Source: Amoebophrya sp. A120 (lineage: Eukaryota; Protista; Dinoflagellata). Taken from it: a stretch of DNA of 64,000 nt. The stretch is from positions 2,298,281 to 2,362,280 of the forward strand of contig CAJINV010000013.1 in assembly GCA_905178155.1 (NCBI GenBank), given 5' to 3'. Under the pieces are notes generated by a model. It worked only from the letters and a program-made list of their open reading frames with translations, did not search any database and was not told the DNA's origin. Positions 38,301 through 50,621 of this stretch are shown here, in pieces. Every line of letters begins with the position of its first letter. The stretch's first letter is position 1. Position numbers and translations under genes: made by a program.

Positions 38301-41300
38301 CGAGTGCCAGCACTTCTTTCGGCAGGAAGCAGCAGGAAAAAAAGCACAAACTACCAGCCTCCTCTGCTGCTTCGACGGTCACCACACGAGGGAAGATCAG
38401 CGTCCGCGGTCAAATGGAACAAGGCCTGCAGCTTTTGTCTTTGAAGCAAAGCGGTGCCGGGAACAAAAGCGCTGTGTGCTGCCGGCTGCTTTTGGAGCGG
38501 ATTCGCGCCTCCGTCGCCAACAGAATGACGGTAGTGGTCAGCGGGAGCCTGCGCGTAGATGGCGAACTACTCGGCGCGAGCTTAAGGCTGGCAGACTTGG
38601 AGATGTTCGGCGATGTGTTCGGATTATTCGGCCCGGTGCAGGTCGATTTGTCCACATGGCCCGAGCTCGAAAGTTTTGCACAGAAGCCCCCGTCGACTTC
38701 TGCCGCCGCTGCGAATGGGGAGGGAAACCACGATGAGAGAGCAACCGGTCGCCGGGGTCTTCAGACAGTCGCCCCGTGCGCGACTTTTCACCTCTTCCGG
38801 TCGGCTTTGGGCAAAAACAAGGAGGACAAGGCGGCCATAGCTTTGATCGCGGACGCACTGCATCGCGACGGCAGATTGTCGCGGACCTGCCTGAAACCAC
38901 TAGAGCTTCTGAAGAAGACGAGCATAGTGGTCCCGAAGGAAATCAAAATGGAAGAGAAGGCCAAGCTTCTCTACTCGCAGGTCGTTTTATGCACTGCGAA
39001 GGGGTTATCTAGGTCAGGAGGGTGGCAAGACTTGTAGTGTTGAATTCGCATTAGCATTATGATCATAAGTACTCGATCTTCCTCTGCTCTGCCTCTGTAT
39101 TGCATTTTGCAGAACAGCAGTGCTTCCTTGTGGTTGTGTACGCATCTGTCATGCGTAGTACGCACTACAGAAGAAGTTTGTCTTTGTATAGATTCTTCGT
39201 GTTTTTTATGATTGGCACACTCACGCTCATCTATGAAGATTTTGGCATGACGACTTCCAGACCCAGATGACCTGTTTGCAATGCATAGAAGGAGCTTTTC
39301 CAACACTTTTTCAGCGAGCTGACCTGCTTTCTCTCGGACCCGGAACTGGAGCCGGCCTTCAAGCACGACTACGAGGTAAAAAAATCCAAGCGGATCGCGA
39401 GAACGAAAGAGGCCAAATCAGCAAAACCAATGAAAAGAAAGGCGATAGGAAATACGGCGAAAAAAAATAATGAAGAAAAAGATGCTCCTTCATCGTCCTC
39501 TTTCGCGGACAGGCCCCACCTTGCTGTCAAAATTCGAGAACTCTACGAGCTGTTCTCGCAAGCGGTCGCGATATTATCTCCTTCGCTGAAGCTGCCCTGG
39601 GTCCTGGCGAAGGCCGGGGAGAGACAATCCGTGCCGGAGAAGGAAAAACCGATCGTGCTGTTTTTATGCATTGCAGAATTAGTATCGCACTAGTACCAGT
39701 CATCTCGCGGGCTTGCGTCGTCAAAAATTTGTTGGGGAAAAACAAAAATGAATTGGCCATGATCGATGCAGCAAGAAAATAAAAGGGTGCTGTTTCATTT
39801 TCTTCTTTCTGATTCTTCATTGCATTATATGCCACGCAACTACGGTTCAGATGTACTAGCGCGATCATGCTTTTGAACCGGATACCCTTACTATCCCACG
39901 AAAAAACTGTTTCACTGTGATGGTTTTGCAAGATCTGCATCACAAGTTTGTTACACATGACAGAGAAAATTTGCCATGCGCGTTTTCCAAGGGAAAACAC
40001 GCTTAAAAAGCCATTGTGTTGCAGGTGTAGCAAGACAAACACTTTGGTGTTTCGTTCTCTGCATCACAGGTTCACAGTGAAGCAGTTTTTTCTTGCGATA
40101 CTTACACGGAGTGCAGTTCCTCGGCGGGCGCGCCTTGGGACGAGCTAAACCAGTGGCGCGACTTATCCTGAGTAAAAACATCCCCACCCCATAGTTGTCA
40201 TGCAGATTTGCGACTACGGGAAGATTTGTAATGCGCATCTCTATGAGAGGCATTTCCAATCGCGTTTTGGAATTTGTAATGCTGTAAACAGGATAAACAA
40301 ATGGATTTGTGATGCGGTTGTCCTTGCTAACATGCACTACACTACGGACTGCAACTTCTCGTGCGTGGCTTCCAAAACTTGTGGATTTGTCTTGCTAGGT
40401 TCCCAACTTGACTATGGGGTGGGGACGTTTTTACATATGATACGACTGGAAAAATACGCTGCTGGAGCAGAAGCAGGAGTCAGCGAGTTTAGAGAGGCTT
40501 TTGGAGTTGCAGAACCAGTTTACCAGACGACCACTGAAGCAGCGTGAAGAAAATTTTTTGCGCGAAAACGGTCTGGAGGCTCCGCGCGCTGAACAGGACG
40601 CGAGTGCCGAAGGTTTTCGGAAGGTGCCGCCCGCCGTTTTGGAGGACAAGCTGCTGGCAAAAGTGGACCACTTGTTTTTGCACTTTTTGGAAAAAGAGAA
40701 GCGGCCGGAGAGAAGCGCGGCGCTGAAGATCAACAAGAAGCAGTCTGCATTCTCCAAAACTTCTACTTCGATAGCGAAGGCAGCGAATAAAGTAAAGGAA
40801 GAAAAATGCGGTGCTGGTGCAAAGGCAAAGCACACGATGAACAAGAAGTCCGCTGCTGGTACCGCCAAGAAAAAGCCAAAAATGAAAGTGAAAAAGGAGC
40901 GAATTGCCGACTCCAGTGAAGATGACGCCGAGGAGGACGAAAGCTCTTCTAGCGACGCAGAGTCCACCACTTCTGAGGATGAAGATTCATCTTCAAAAAA
41001 AGCCGCGGGAACAAGCAAGCGCCTGAACAAGCGATCGCAGATGCCGGACGCGCTCTTTCATTTCAATGATTGGCAGATCTCGAAGAAGTACCTATTGAAG
41101 AAATTCGAGCTAATCAAGAAAATCCAAAGCATCAACTGGCCGGGGAAGGTGGTGGATGACATTTTGGACGAATCCGGAGGACCCGCGGAAGTTGCGGAAG
41201 TTATCCGCTGGAAAAACCGATAGTACCCATGTAGTTCGTTGCCCTATAGTTTGTCATCAAGATGTCGGCTGCTGTGCTGCACAAGTCAAGAAGAAAGTTT

Positions 41301-44300
41301 TAGGTCCTGTTGCGCGTGTTCACTGGTTTTGGCCTCTAGTGTACAGCGTGGTGGCGAGCCAGTGCAGTCGCAACACACGGGATCGACTTGCCCATCGTGA
41401 TTAGAGCATGACAATGAATTTATCCCAGATAGAATTACAGTATGATGCAACTACCTCATGCTCATGCATTTTTTAGCTGGGCATGTAACAAATTCAAATT
41501 GTGGGCATGCAGGTCAGCGTGACAAATTCAAATGGGCTGTAGTGCGCTGCTGGGTATATACGCTTTTCCACAGGATAGAAATTACCGGTCGGTATTCTCG
41601 GTGGATTCGGGCCGACTACGACGCGGAGCCGGAAAGCGAGGAAGCGAACCACTTCATGTGGGAGAACCGGAACGGGAAAAACGCTGCAATATCAAAATGA
41701 AAAAAGCCCCCACCCCATATCAAAACGGAATTTCTGATGCTGGATATGCGTACACAAATCAGATTTGTATTGCGCAAAGGCTTTGCGGCCAGATCCCCAA
41801 GCTAGATAGGGGCGTATGGGTCTAGTTGTTCAGCAGTGCAAACGGTTCCCCTTTAGGCCCAACAGCATGACAAATCGGCTCCATAATGGGGCGGAAGCTT
41901 CTGCCCTTGTCTTCTTGCAAGACAGATGCGATTTGTGACCTCAAATCAGCAACGTGTGGAAGGAGGAAGTTCGGCGTGTCGGGTGAGGGACCCCCGACGG
42001 CTGGCCTACGGATATCAGGTGGATCACAGGCTCAAATCAGCAACGCAAATTTTTGGAAACATACCTTTTCGATATGGGGAGGGGGGATTTTTCCTCGCAA
42101 TATGCAACAATGGGCGAAAAGCGACACCGACTCGAGTGCCAAAGTTTAGTATGCGTTGCAAATGGTGTTGGTGTCCTCAGGTCTGGAATGGTGGGGGCGC
42201 TTGCATGGCTTTCCTTGCATTTTTCTGCTACATTCTGTATTGCTATTGCATGACCCACTAGAGCGCAACTTTTTTTTCATGGAAGTGCGCAGTTTGTCGT
42301 GCGCAATTTGTTTGGTAAGTCCTTCAGTGTAGTCATACATTTTTGGCCACGCTAGGCAGCGTCCTGCTCATGCGAACTGCAGCTTCGCAAGTTGAAGTTC
42401 TTTCCAGACCTAGACACATTTGCTTTGCAAGTGATACAGGCTCGATGGCGAAAAAGCGCTCGGCATCGTCGCCCACCGGTGTTCGAAGGGATTGAGTTTG
42501 GCTAGCCGCAAACGCCCCGCGGTGGTCTACTTCGTTGACATTCCGTCGGACCCCCAGGTGGTGAGCGATTTGGCAAAACTGGTCGGAACGGACAATGCGG
42601 AATTCATTCTCCCGTATTTTGGCGAGGACTTACCAGGGGAGCTGGTAGCGGTGAACGCCTTGGCGAAGGTTTTGAAGCAGGACGAGGTCGTGGAGTTGGG
42701 GAATAGCGGAAATAAATCTACTTTCCCGGCGGCTGCGTCCTTGTCTAGCTTCCTCGCCTCAGCGATGAACCTTTCGGACAATAAAAGTCAGGCGGTGGGA
42801 GGCACGGCCGACTGTTTGGACATGATTTTGAACGAGATCTGCGCGGGAGGAGGACGGAAGGAAACAAGTTTTGGAAAGCAGGGGGCAAGCAGCTCCTCGT
42901 CATCATCTAGCGCCGCGGCTTCGAGTAAAATAGTAGCTGCTTTGGAGCCGTCAAAATCAAATAAAGCGAGCAAAGGCAACAAGAAAAACGTTGCGCAAGC
43001 CTCCGAATTGCCCGTCGCAGTGAAAGAAAAGTTTGCCGAAGAGGTACTGGAGCAGGCAGAATTGATTTCTAGTAGGAAGAAGAAGAGAAATTCTGACTCA
43101 GTTTCCCGTCTCGCCCTGTTCGAGACGTGGCGGGGTAACATGCTCCCGAAGATGCAGGAGAAGATGTTTGACCCGGTACTTCGCTTCTCCACCGGTAGCA
43201 AAGCCGTAGTGGGCAAGAAATCCGCACTCCTTGCGGACGAGCAGGACAGTGCCAGCAAGCGAGCTCCTTTCTGGGTCTCGGATGCTACAAACAAGTTCCA
43301 GCCGCAGATGGTGACAAAGTTTTTCAACCGCCTCCATCGGTTAGCCGTGAGGGACCAGAAGGAGTTCTTGCTGCTGTTTTCCATCACCCATGCCTGCCTA
43401 CATCCAAGCAAGGCCGTTGCTGCTACGGAAGAAGTAGCAAAATTGCGGCAAGAACCACCTGCGGCCCAGAACAGCACCCCGAAGAGCACCATATACCTTG
43501 CAAATATGTCTGCGTCTGGAAGATTGCAAGAGAAGGCCACTTGCGATGCTTGTCTGGCATAGCTCTCGAGTTCTTCGTGCATGCTGCGAGACAGCGACAG
43601 CCTCGGTTATTGGTATAGGCAAAAGCAGTGCAGTTCGGCTTCCTTATGCGGAACACCCAACGCAGATTTCCCCAGCAACTTGTCATGCTTCGCTGCATAT
43701 GCATAAGGAAAGGTAGTCATTTCATTACATACAGGAGGTTAGCATGACAACTTTCCAGCAGACCTAGACCTATTTGTGTTTGATGCACCCAGCTTTTCCG
43801 CGATGTCACAACGAAGCAGCCCTGCACCCTGACCAGAATCAGAAGCGGGGGCAACTACTACTCCTTTTATGTTTCCGGGGCCATTAACGACCTGCTCTCG
43901 TGTCCGGAGCTGTTGCAACAGTATGAAGACGATGCGGGGACTAGATTGGCCAAGACGGGGACGAAGATTTTGATGGGGGTGGAAAGTCCGCTGGGAGTCC
44001 CAGCCATCCAGATTCACCCTTCGCAGGTACGTACTAGCACTTAGCTAGTACTAAAAGCGCTTGCAGATGCAGCTACTTTTAAATTACTTAGAAGCGTTCA
44101 GTTCTACAACTTCGTGATAGATTATGTAGTGCTTCACTGTCTCCATTTCGTCCTTTTCGTTTTCCCAGCCATCCATGGTTTTGATGACCGCTCGAGTACT
44201 TATTCAAGGTAAAAAAGGTTCATCTTGCAATACAAAAACAGGAGCCACTACTTGAAAGAGTTGCAAAGTGGCTGGCTTTGGGCGGATCTAAGAACCGCGG

Positions 44301-46667
44301 CTCAACAGCGTTTTTTTCGCAGCAACTCCGGGCGGAGCTGTATCTGGAGCGGGATTTAAACCAAGACGCGGCTGACGGGTCTGACGACGGCAACAGCGAG
44401 GAAAACACCGAGGTGGCCAAATCACATTACAAACTAATCCCCGTCCCGGCGAAGACTCGCTACTCAGAAGCCGAGGAAAAGATCCTGTCCATGTTGCTGG
44501 CCTGCTACGAAGATGACGAAAAAGCCCGAGACAGCGGCAGCAGCAACAAAGGCGACGAGCAGGAGCAGAGTAGCGAAGAAGAGCACGTAGATATCAAATG
44601 TAAAAATGTCTGGGTCTGGAAGATTGGAACTTGTGATGCTAACTTTGGACTCTAGAAAAATCTGTATTGCGTGACCAGCAAGAGGTGGAGTCTAGTTTGT
44701 GCTACGCGGGGAGGGCGTTTGTCATGCGTAGTAGGTATCAGGAAGTGGAAGCCCGCTCAAAATCTGTGATGCGCGGTCGTGCATTACAGACATCCTGGGT
44801 CATGCAAAACATGCATGACAAATCTCAGAATCTTCCAGACCCAGACATTTTTACATTTGATAGTAGACCGTGGCTTGCAATTGGACGCGATCTTCAGTTC
44901 CACCGAATCCCGTACCGAGATGGCGTTGCAAATTCTCGAGAAGAAGTTGCTAGGCGACAGTGGGGCTGGCGGGGAAAAGTCCGACGCTGGCGCAGCTTCC
45001 AGGAGGAGGGGGAAATCGTCAAAAAGCAGCAACCTGGGCGCCGGCGGCGACATGATGGACATAGGCGAGGAGGGCGGCCTATCCTATGTAATTAACCTCC
45101 CCACCCCATGCGTAGGCAAGATAGAGGCTATGCTAGTTGGGTACGCACACCGTGGCGCAGCTGTGGCTTTTGTGCAGGGGAACTTTGGACTCACAGGGCA
45201 AGTAGTCGCGGTTAGATTCTGTACAGGCACTGTGCATAGATTCATTTTCTATCTGATTCTGATTGGAGCATGGCAAATTCTGAAAAAGCAGATGAAAATT
45301 TGATTGTGGATCTCATGGGGCAACGCATGAGCCAGTGCCAGTGGCTCGGAACAAGGTGTTCTTTTCGATGAAAAATCCGAATGGCACGTGTGGGGTGGGT
45401 GCGTTTTGACACAGGATGAAATAACATCGCCGGAGCGTCTCTGCTGGACGCGGCGGACGCGCTGGGATTCGAGTTTGACGCCTTTGGGGCGGCCGGGGAA
45501 CCACAGAAAGGAACCGGCAGCGGAGGTGGCGCGCTTGTTTCAGCCAACTCATCTTCGTCTCTCTCGTCCCCGGGTACGAACAGTGGCGCGGACGCGACAA
45601 AGAATCAACCGAAAAAACCCTTCGACTGGTATTCTCGCGAGGGATTTCTGCTGCTCCGCGCGACTCTGGAGAAGATTTCCCACCCGCACAAAGCAGACGC
45701 GTTTCTGTACAAAAAGCTCGTAATCAAACGCGAGACAAATGACGAGGGCAAGGAGGTAGGGAAATTTTTGATGATGTATCTGCAGGGGAGTTTTTTTTTT
45801 CTCTTTTGCATGGCTGCTGATATTGTTTTTAAGCTCATGACTGTACTACAGAGAAGTAGGAGTGAGCGATTGGTGCTCCGTTCCTGCTGCTCAGCAAGCG
45901 TTATTCACTTTTTTCGCCTGCTAAAGGTAAAGCCCACCGATAGTACAACAACAAAACAGGTTCCGGTCGGCGTGGCTGGCCCCGCGGACGGCTTCAGTCT
46001 GTCGCGGTACAGCTTGAAGGCTCGTTTGGACGCACCCCAGTTCTACTTTCCCCTGGTCGAAAGGGGGCTGAAGCCCTCCGTGATTCGACGCCGGTGCGCG
46101 GCGAAGTACAGCGGCATAGTGGAAATTTCGGAACTCGATGACGACCTACCCTGGGTCGTTCGGAACGACCTGCCGCCCAGCTCGCCCGTGCCGGAAGACT
46201 TTGAAGAAGTGGAGGAAGATGGTGCGCCGTCGCGGAAAAAGCAATCTGCTGCAGCTCGTGCGGGGAAGAACACGAAAAAGCCCGATACGAAAAAACCACT
46301 CGCAAAGAAACCCACCGCGAAGGCGAAAGCGAGCGGTGCGAATCCCAAGGCGAAAGCGAAGGCTCCTGTGATGAAAAGTGGGAAGAAAAGTATGAAAAAG
46401 AGCAGCAAAAAACAGGCAGTGAAAAAGGAGCAAGACGAGGATTTTTCGTCGGGGGACGACGAGGAAGAGTTATCCGACAGTGGGGACATGATTTTCGGTA
46501 AGAAAAAAATGCCCAGTGACGATGAAATGTCTGCTGGAAGCAGCGGTGACGAACAGCAGAAGCAGAGTAACGGGAGCAACAGCGCAAACTCGTCGGGGAA
46601 CAAAAAGAGGAAGAAGATTGCGGCCAAGAAATATTTGAACATGAAGCCTTCGCAAAAGCCGTACTAG
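35377..46667 (+). CDS. Divergent strawberry-notch (SBNO)-like SF2 helicase/NTPase; 13 introners and at least 3 GT-AG introns
   Basis: Spliced motifs GILAFDEAQ (Walker-B-like), PGKVVDDILDESGGPAEVAE(I/V)TGR, DGEKALGIV..SKGLSL, FFNRL and VDRGL resemble SBNO GVIVFDECH, LDxLIDELGGPxxVAEMTGR, DGEKxxAIISEAASSGISL, FLNRL and VDRG. Confidence 0.72.
35689..36008. mobile_element. Introner (singleton TIR TATGGxxGxGTCAGGAxCGAAATC)
   Basis: DR tgaag/cgaag; frame restored. Confidence 0.88.
36351..36646. mobile_element. Degenerate introner family C
   Basis: DR aaagc/gacac; frame restored. Confidence 0.78.
37489..37778. other. Assembly gap (100 N) with about 95 bp duplicated on both sides
   Basis: Identical sequence atgcagaaaacttag...gctagtc before and after the N run. 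Confidence 0.85.
37813..38100. mobile_element. Introner family A
   Basis: DR gaaca/gaaca; removal yields GILAFDEAQ. Confidence 0.92.
38988..39287. mobile_element. Degenerate introner family C, now bounded by GT (38984) and AG (39288)
   Basis: tatgcactgcgaa / ccagacccagatgacctgtttgcaatgcata; DR lost (cgttt/gaagg). Confidence 0.8.
39665..39884. mobile_element. Degenerate introner (E-like)
   Basis: tatgcattgcagaa / gcttttgaaccggata; DR gtttt/ccctt; frame restored together with the next element. Confidence 0.65.
39892..40100. mobile_element. Introner family D, reverse orientation
   Basis: tatcccacgaaaaaac / gttttttcttgcgata; DR cttac/cttac. Confidence 0.92.
40164..40442. mobile_element. Introner family A
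   Basis: DR cgact/cgact; frame restored. Confidence 0.92.
41202..41577. mobile_element. Introner (singleton, degenerate)
   Basis: tatccgctggaaaa / ttttccacaggata; DR gaagt/gaaat; removal yields VAE(I/V)TGR. Confidence 0.85.
41690..42102. mobile_element. Introner family B, reverse orientation
   Basis: DR tgcaa/tgcaa; frame restored. Confidence 0.92.
42150..42436. mobile_element. Degenerate introner family C
   Basis: tatgcgttgcaaa..ggtctgg / ccagacctagac..ttgcaagtgata; DR lost (tttag/caggc); frame restored. Confidence 0.72.
43492..43785. mobile_element. Introner family C (right end GATG)
   Basis: DR cacca/caccc; frame restored. Confidence 0.85.
44592..44862. mobile_element. Introner family C
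   Basis: Long perfect TIR; DR gtaga/gtaga; removal yields HVDRGL. Confidence 0.93.
45080..45418. mobile_element. Degenerate introner family A (right end GATG)
   Basis: tatcctatgtaattaacctccccacccca / tggggtgggtgcgttttgacacaggatg; DR lost; frame restored. Confidence 0.7.
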
Positions 46668-47013
46668 GGCTGCGGTGGAATTCTTGTTGTGCGGGCGATC
46701 TATTCCGATTGGGGCATCACCAATCACCTAGTCGCAGAGTATCGAAGTCCAGCATTTTTTTTTGCAGTGAGCTGCGTCTGTTTTTCCATCAAGAAAACAA
46801 AAACGTCACAGAGCATCAATAGCGTTCACGGAAGATTCCATGTCACTTCAAACACAACATATTGTTTTTTTGCTCTCGCACTGAACCTGAGGTGTATATC
46901 TTTCGATTGCAACTTTTTGTACCTGGTGGTTGCAGCGATCGATCTGTTTTATATCCATTGATTTTTGAGAACAACACACTACATCATACAAGTCGGCAGT
47001 TTTTGTCGCCACA

Positions 47014-48943
47014 GAGCCTCGATCAACGAGAATCGGGAAACCGAGAAAAAGGGAGAGGCTTGCAACCTAGGAAGCCCCGGCCACCTCTCTGGGCCCCGAC
47101 GCGATAGGCTATGGGGCCGTAGGCCGGGGCCCCTAGGTGGGCGAGTGAGGCCAAGCAGGCCGAGGCCCCGGGGGCGAAGGAAGGAAGCGCCAGCGGCCAG
47201 GCGCGAAGGGAGGTCATTTGAGAAAGCTGGGGCCCAAATGCGAGAAAGCCAAGGCCGAAACAAAGCGACCGCGACAAACCCGAAGGTCGCAGCCCCGAAG
47301 GCCGCAGCCCCGAAGGCCACAGCCCCGAGGGCCCCATCCCCGAAGGCCACAGCCCCAAGGGCCCCATCCCCGAAGACCACAGCCCCGAAGGCCACAGCCC
47401 CGAAGGTCGCAGCCCCGAAGGCCGCAGCCCCGAAGGCCACAGCCCCGAAGGTCGCAGCCCCGAAGGCCGCAGCCCCGAAGGCCACAGCCCCGAAGGTCGC
47501 AGCCCCGAAGGCGGGCCGCGATAAGGGAAACCGGGAAAAGGGAAAGCGGTAAATCGGGAAAAGGGAAAGCGGGAAAAGGGAAAGCGGGAAAAGGGAAAGC
47601 GGGAAAAGGGAAAGCGGGAAAAGGGNNNNNNNNNNNNNNNNNNNNNNNNNNNNNNNNNNNNNNNNNNNNNNNNNNNNNNNNNNNNNNNNNNNNNNNNNNN
47701 NNNNNNNNNNNNNNNNNNNNNNNNNNNNNNNNNNNNNNNNNNNNNNNNNNNNNNNNNNNNNNNNNNNNNNNNNNNNNNNNNNNNNNNNNNNNNNNNNNNN
47801 NNNNNNNNNNNNNNNNNNNNNNNNNNNNNNNNNNNNNNNNNNNNNNNNNNNNNNNNNNNNNNNNNNNNNNNNNNNNNNNNNNNNNNNNNNNNNNNNNNNN
47901 NNNNNNNNNNNNNNNNNNNNNNNNNNNNNNNNNNNNNNNNNNNNNNNNNNNNNNNNNNNNNNNNNNNNNNNNNNNNNNNNNNNNNNNNNNNNNNNNNNNN
48001 NNNNNNNNNNNNNNNNNNNNNNNNNNNNNNNNNNNNNNNNNNNNNNNNNNNNNNNNNNNNNNNNNNNNNNNNNNNNNNNNNNNNNNNNNNNNNNNNNNNN
48101 NNNNNNNNNNNNNNNNNNNNNNNNNNNNNNNNNNNNNNNNNNNNNNNNNNNNNNNNNNNNNNNNNNNNNNNNNNNNNNNNNNNNNNNNNNNNNNNNNNNN
48201 NNNNNNNNNNNNNNNNNNNNNNNNNNNNNNNNNNNNNNNNNNNNNNNNNNNNNNNNNNNNNNNNACCGAGAAAAGAGAAACCGAGAAAAGAGAAACCGAG
48301 AAAAGAGAAGCCGAGGCTCTCGGCCTCCGGCTCTCGGTCGGAGAAAAAGCCGGGAACAGAGAACCGGGAAAAAAGAAACCGAGGAAAGAGAAATCGAGAA
48401 AAGAAAAACCGAGAAAAGAGAAAACCGAAAAGAGACACCGACAAAAGAGAAACCGAGAAAAGAGAAGCCGAGACTCTCGGTTTTCAATTCTCGGTTTCCA
48501 ATTCTCGGCTTCCGGTTTTCAATTCTCGGTTCTCGGTTTTCGTTTTCAATTCTCGGTTCTCGGTTTTCAACTCTCGGTTCTCGGTTCTCGGTTTTCAATT
48601 CTCCGTTTCGGGTTTTCAGTTCTCGGTTTTCAATTCTCGGTTCTCGGTTTTCAATTCTCGGCTCTCGGTTCTCGGTTTTCAATTCTCCGTTTCGGGTTTT
48701 CAGTTCTCGGTTTTCAATTCTCGGTTCTCGGTTTTCAATTCTCGGTTCTCGGTTCTCGGTTTTCAATTCTCGGCTTCGGGTTTTCAGTTCTCGGTTCTCG
48801 GTTTTCAATTCTCGGTTCTCGGTTTTCAATTCTCGGTTCTCGGTTTTCAATTCTCGGCTCTCGGTTTTCAATTCTCGGTTCTCGGTTTTCAATTCTCGGT
48901 TTCCGGTTCTCGGTTTCCGGTTTTGCGTTGCTCCATTCGGCTC
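47014..48943. repeat. Composite minisatellite block spanning an assembly gap, with inverted CCGAGAA/TTCTCGG arrays
   Basis: 15-bp units gcc(a/g)cagccccgaag (~47280-47510), gggaaaagggaaagc (~47533-47625) and accgagaaaagagaa (~48265-48470); ttctcggttttcaa units (~48475-48920). Confidence 0.85.
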
Positions 48944-50590
48944 ATTTTTCCCCTGGCCATGGCTTAACTTGATATGACACTTCTGAAATTACGTCAGATT
49001 AAAACAGCAGACTGAGAAATGTTCAAAAAGCGAGATTATTTATTTTCTGAAAATAATTACTGAACATGATGTAGAAGCATTTCCTATTGCGCGTTATGAT
49101 ACGCAAAGAAGACCGTCTTGTAATTTTGCTGCGCGAATACTTGCTGCGATCTTCCTCGAGCCTTCAGTTCCAGAAGTGGAAATTGGAAAAAAACTAAAGA
49201 CTGACGTGGTCCTCTCCTTCAAGACGGTCGGCCAAACAATTTGCGCCGCATTTGTATCATCAAAGCATGACCTTGACCGTGGAAGTTAGTTTGGAACTAG
49301 GTTTTGGTCTCCTTGCTCCACTGGTTTTAGTCAAGTTGCTGCTAGTCTATAGTTCTCTATGGTATGATGTTGATGGTGATAGGGAGAGCACTGCCACCGC
49401 TTTTCTGGTGGATCAGCAGAGCCGAGACTTGGGTGCCAGGCTGCCGCTGAAGCAGTTCGAGGAAACAGTGCCTCTTTTTCCGCTACCATTTTTGTGACTA
49501 CTTACTTGAGGACACGAACGAGGGAATATCAGTCTTTCCCGCAAACGTTTTGTGTGAGAGACATACTGTAAGTGGCCTGAGTGTATGAGTCAATGTGAAT
49601 TTGGTTTCTGTTGGTGTCGTTTTGGTTTTGGATAAACCTTTTGTCGCTTTTTTGGATCTTCAAGTTCTGTTTTCATTTTGTTCAGTTCTGTTGAAATTGT
49701 TTTCGTGCTTAACGCCAGGTTTCGTAGTTTCTGGTGTGGTGCTTTCGTTGAAATCATTCCGATATCTTCCGGTGACTTTTAGCGTGCTCGCTCTGTGCAG
49801 CAAAGGGGAAACTAGAGCAGTAGATTTTTCGTGGCTCCAGTACCGTGTCCGTGTCTTGCACCGAGAAGAGTATCTCAAATACAGTGTCACCATCTATTTC
49901 GCTTTTTTGAAATGTACCTCACATTTTTTTGAACACTCTTGGCGAGCAACGACAAGATGGCAATGAGCACTGCGGCGGCGCGGTGAGGGGAAGCATCGTT
50001 TCAGCACGGTTTTGCGCATAAGTACTGTACAGACATTTTTTTAAACTCGACGATGCACCGCTTCCGCAACCGCAAGACATGAAAAGCCAACTCCTTTCGC
50101 TGCAAGAATGTTCGACCGGGGCCGATATGACGGAACTGTTGCGGATCGGCGACACAGGAGAAGGTACAAGCAGCAGCTCGCAAGTATGGAAGGGGAGAAC
50201 GGGAACTACACGTCCGCACGTGCCGCGAGCAGAAGCAGAAGCAGCTGCAATGCCAGCTCTTCGTTTTCATCTTTTGGTAGAGTCGAGTCTCCGGCGAGGG
50301 AGAAAGAGGAAAGAGAACCATGGGAGCGCCGAGCCTGTAGGCGACTGTCGGCTAGCACGAAAAGCTTCGGACCGAGCGCGGTCCATTCGAGGTCGGATGA
50401 AAATACCGGCTCTTGTTTTGATGCGTGCCGATCAGGAGCGCAGGGTGCGCGACCGGCAATCGGAAAAGAAAGCTGGAGCTGTGCAAAAAAGATCCGGCAA
50501 GAAGATCTCGAGGGCAAAAATGAAAAGATTGACTGCAACACCGCACTCACGAGAAATAGAAATTTCTCCAAGTACAACAGCGCTAGTTCT

Positions 50591-50621
<31 letters not shown>

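Noticed and set aside
46965-48972. Long ORFs (195-637 aa) with KAAAP, ENREL and FSVLG repeats
   Set aside because: They are translations of stop-free minisatellites and an N gap, open in several frames on both strands.
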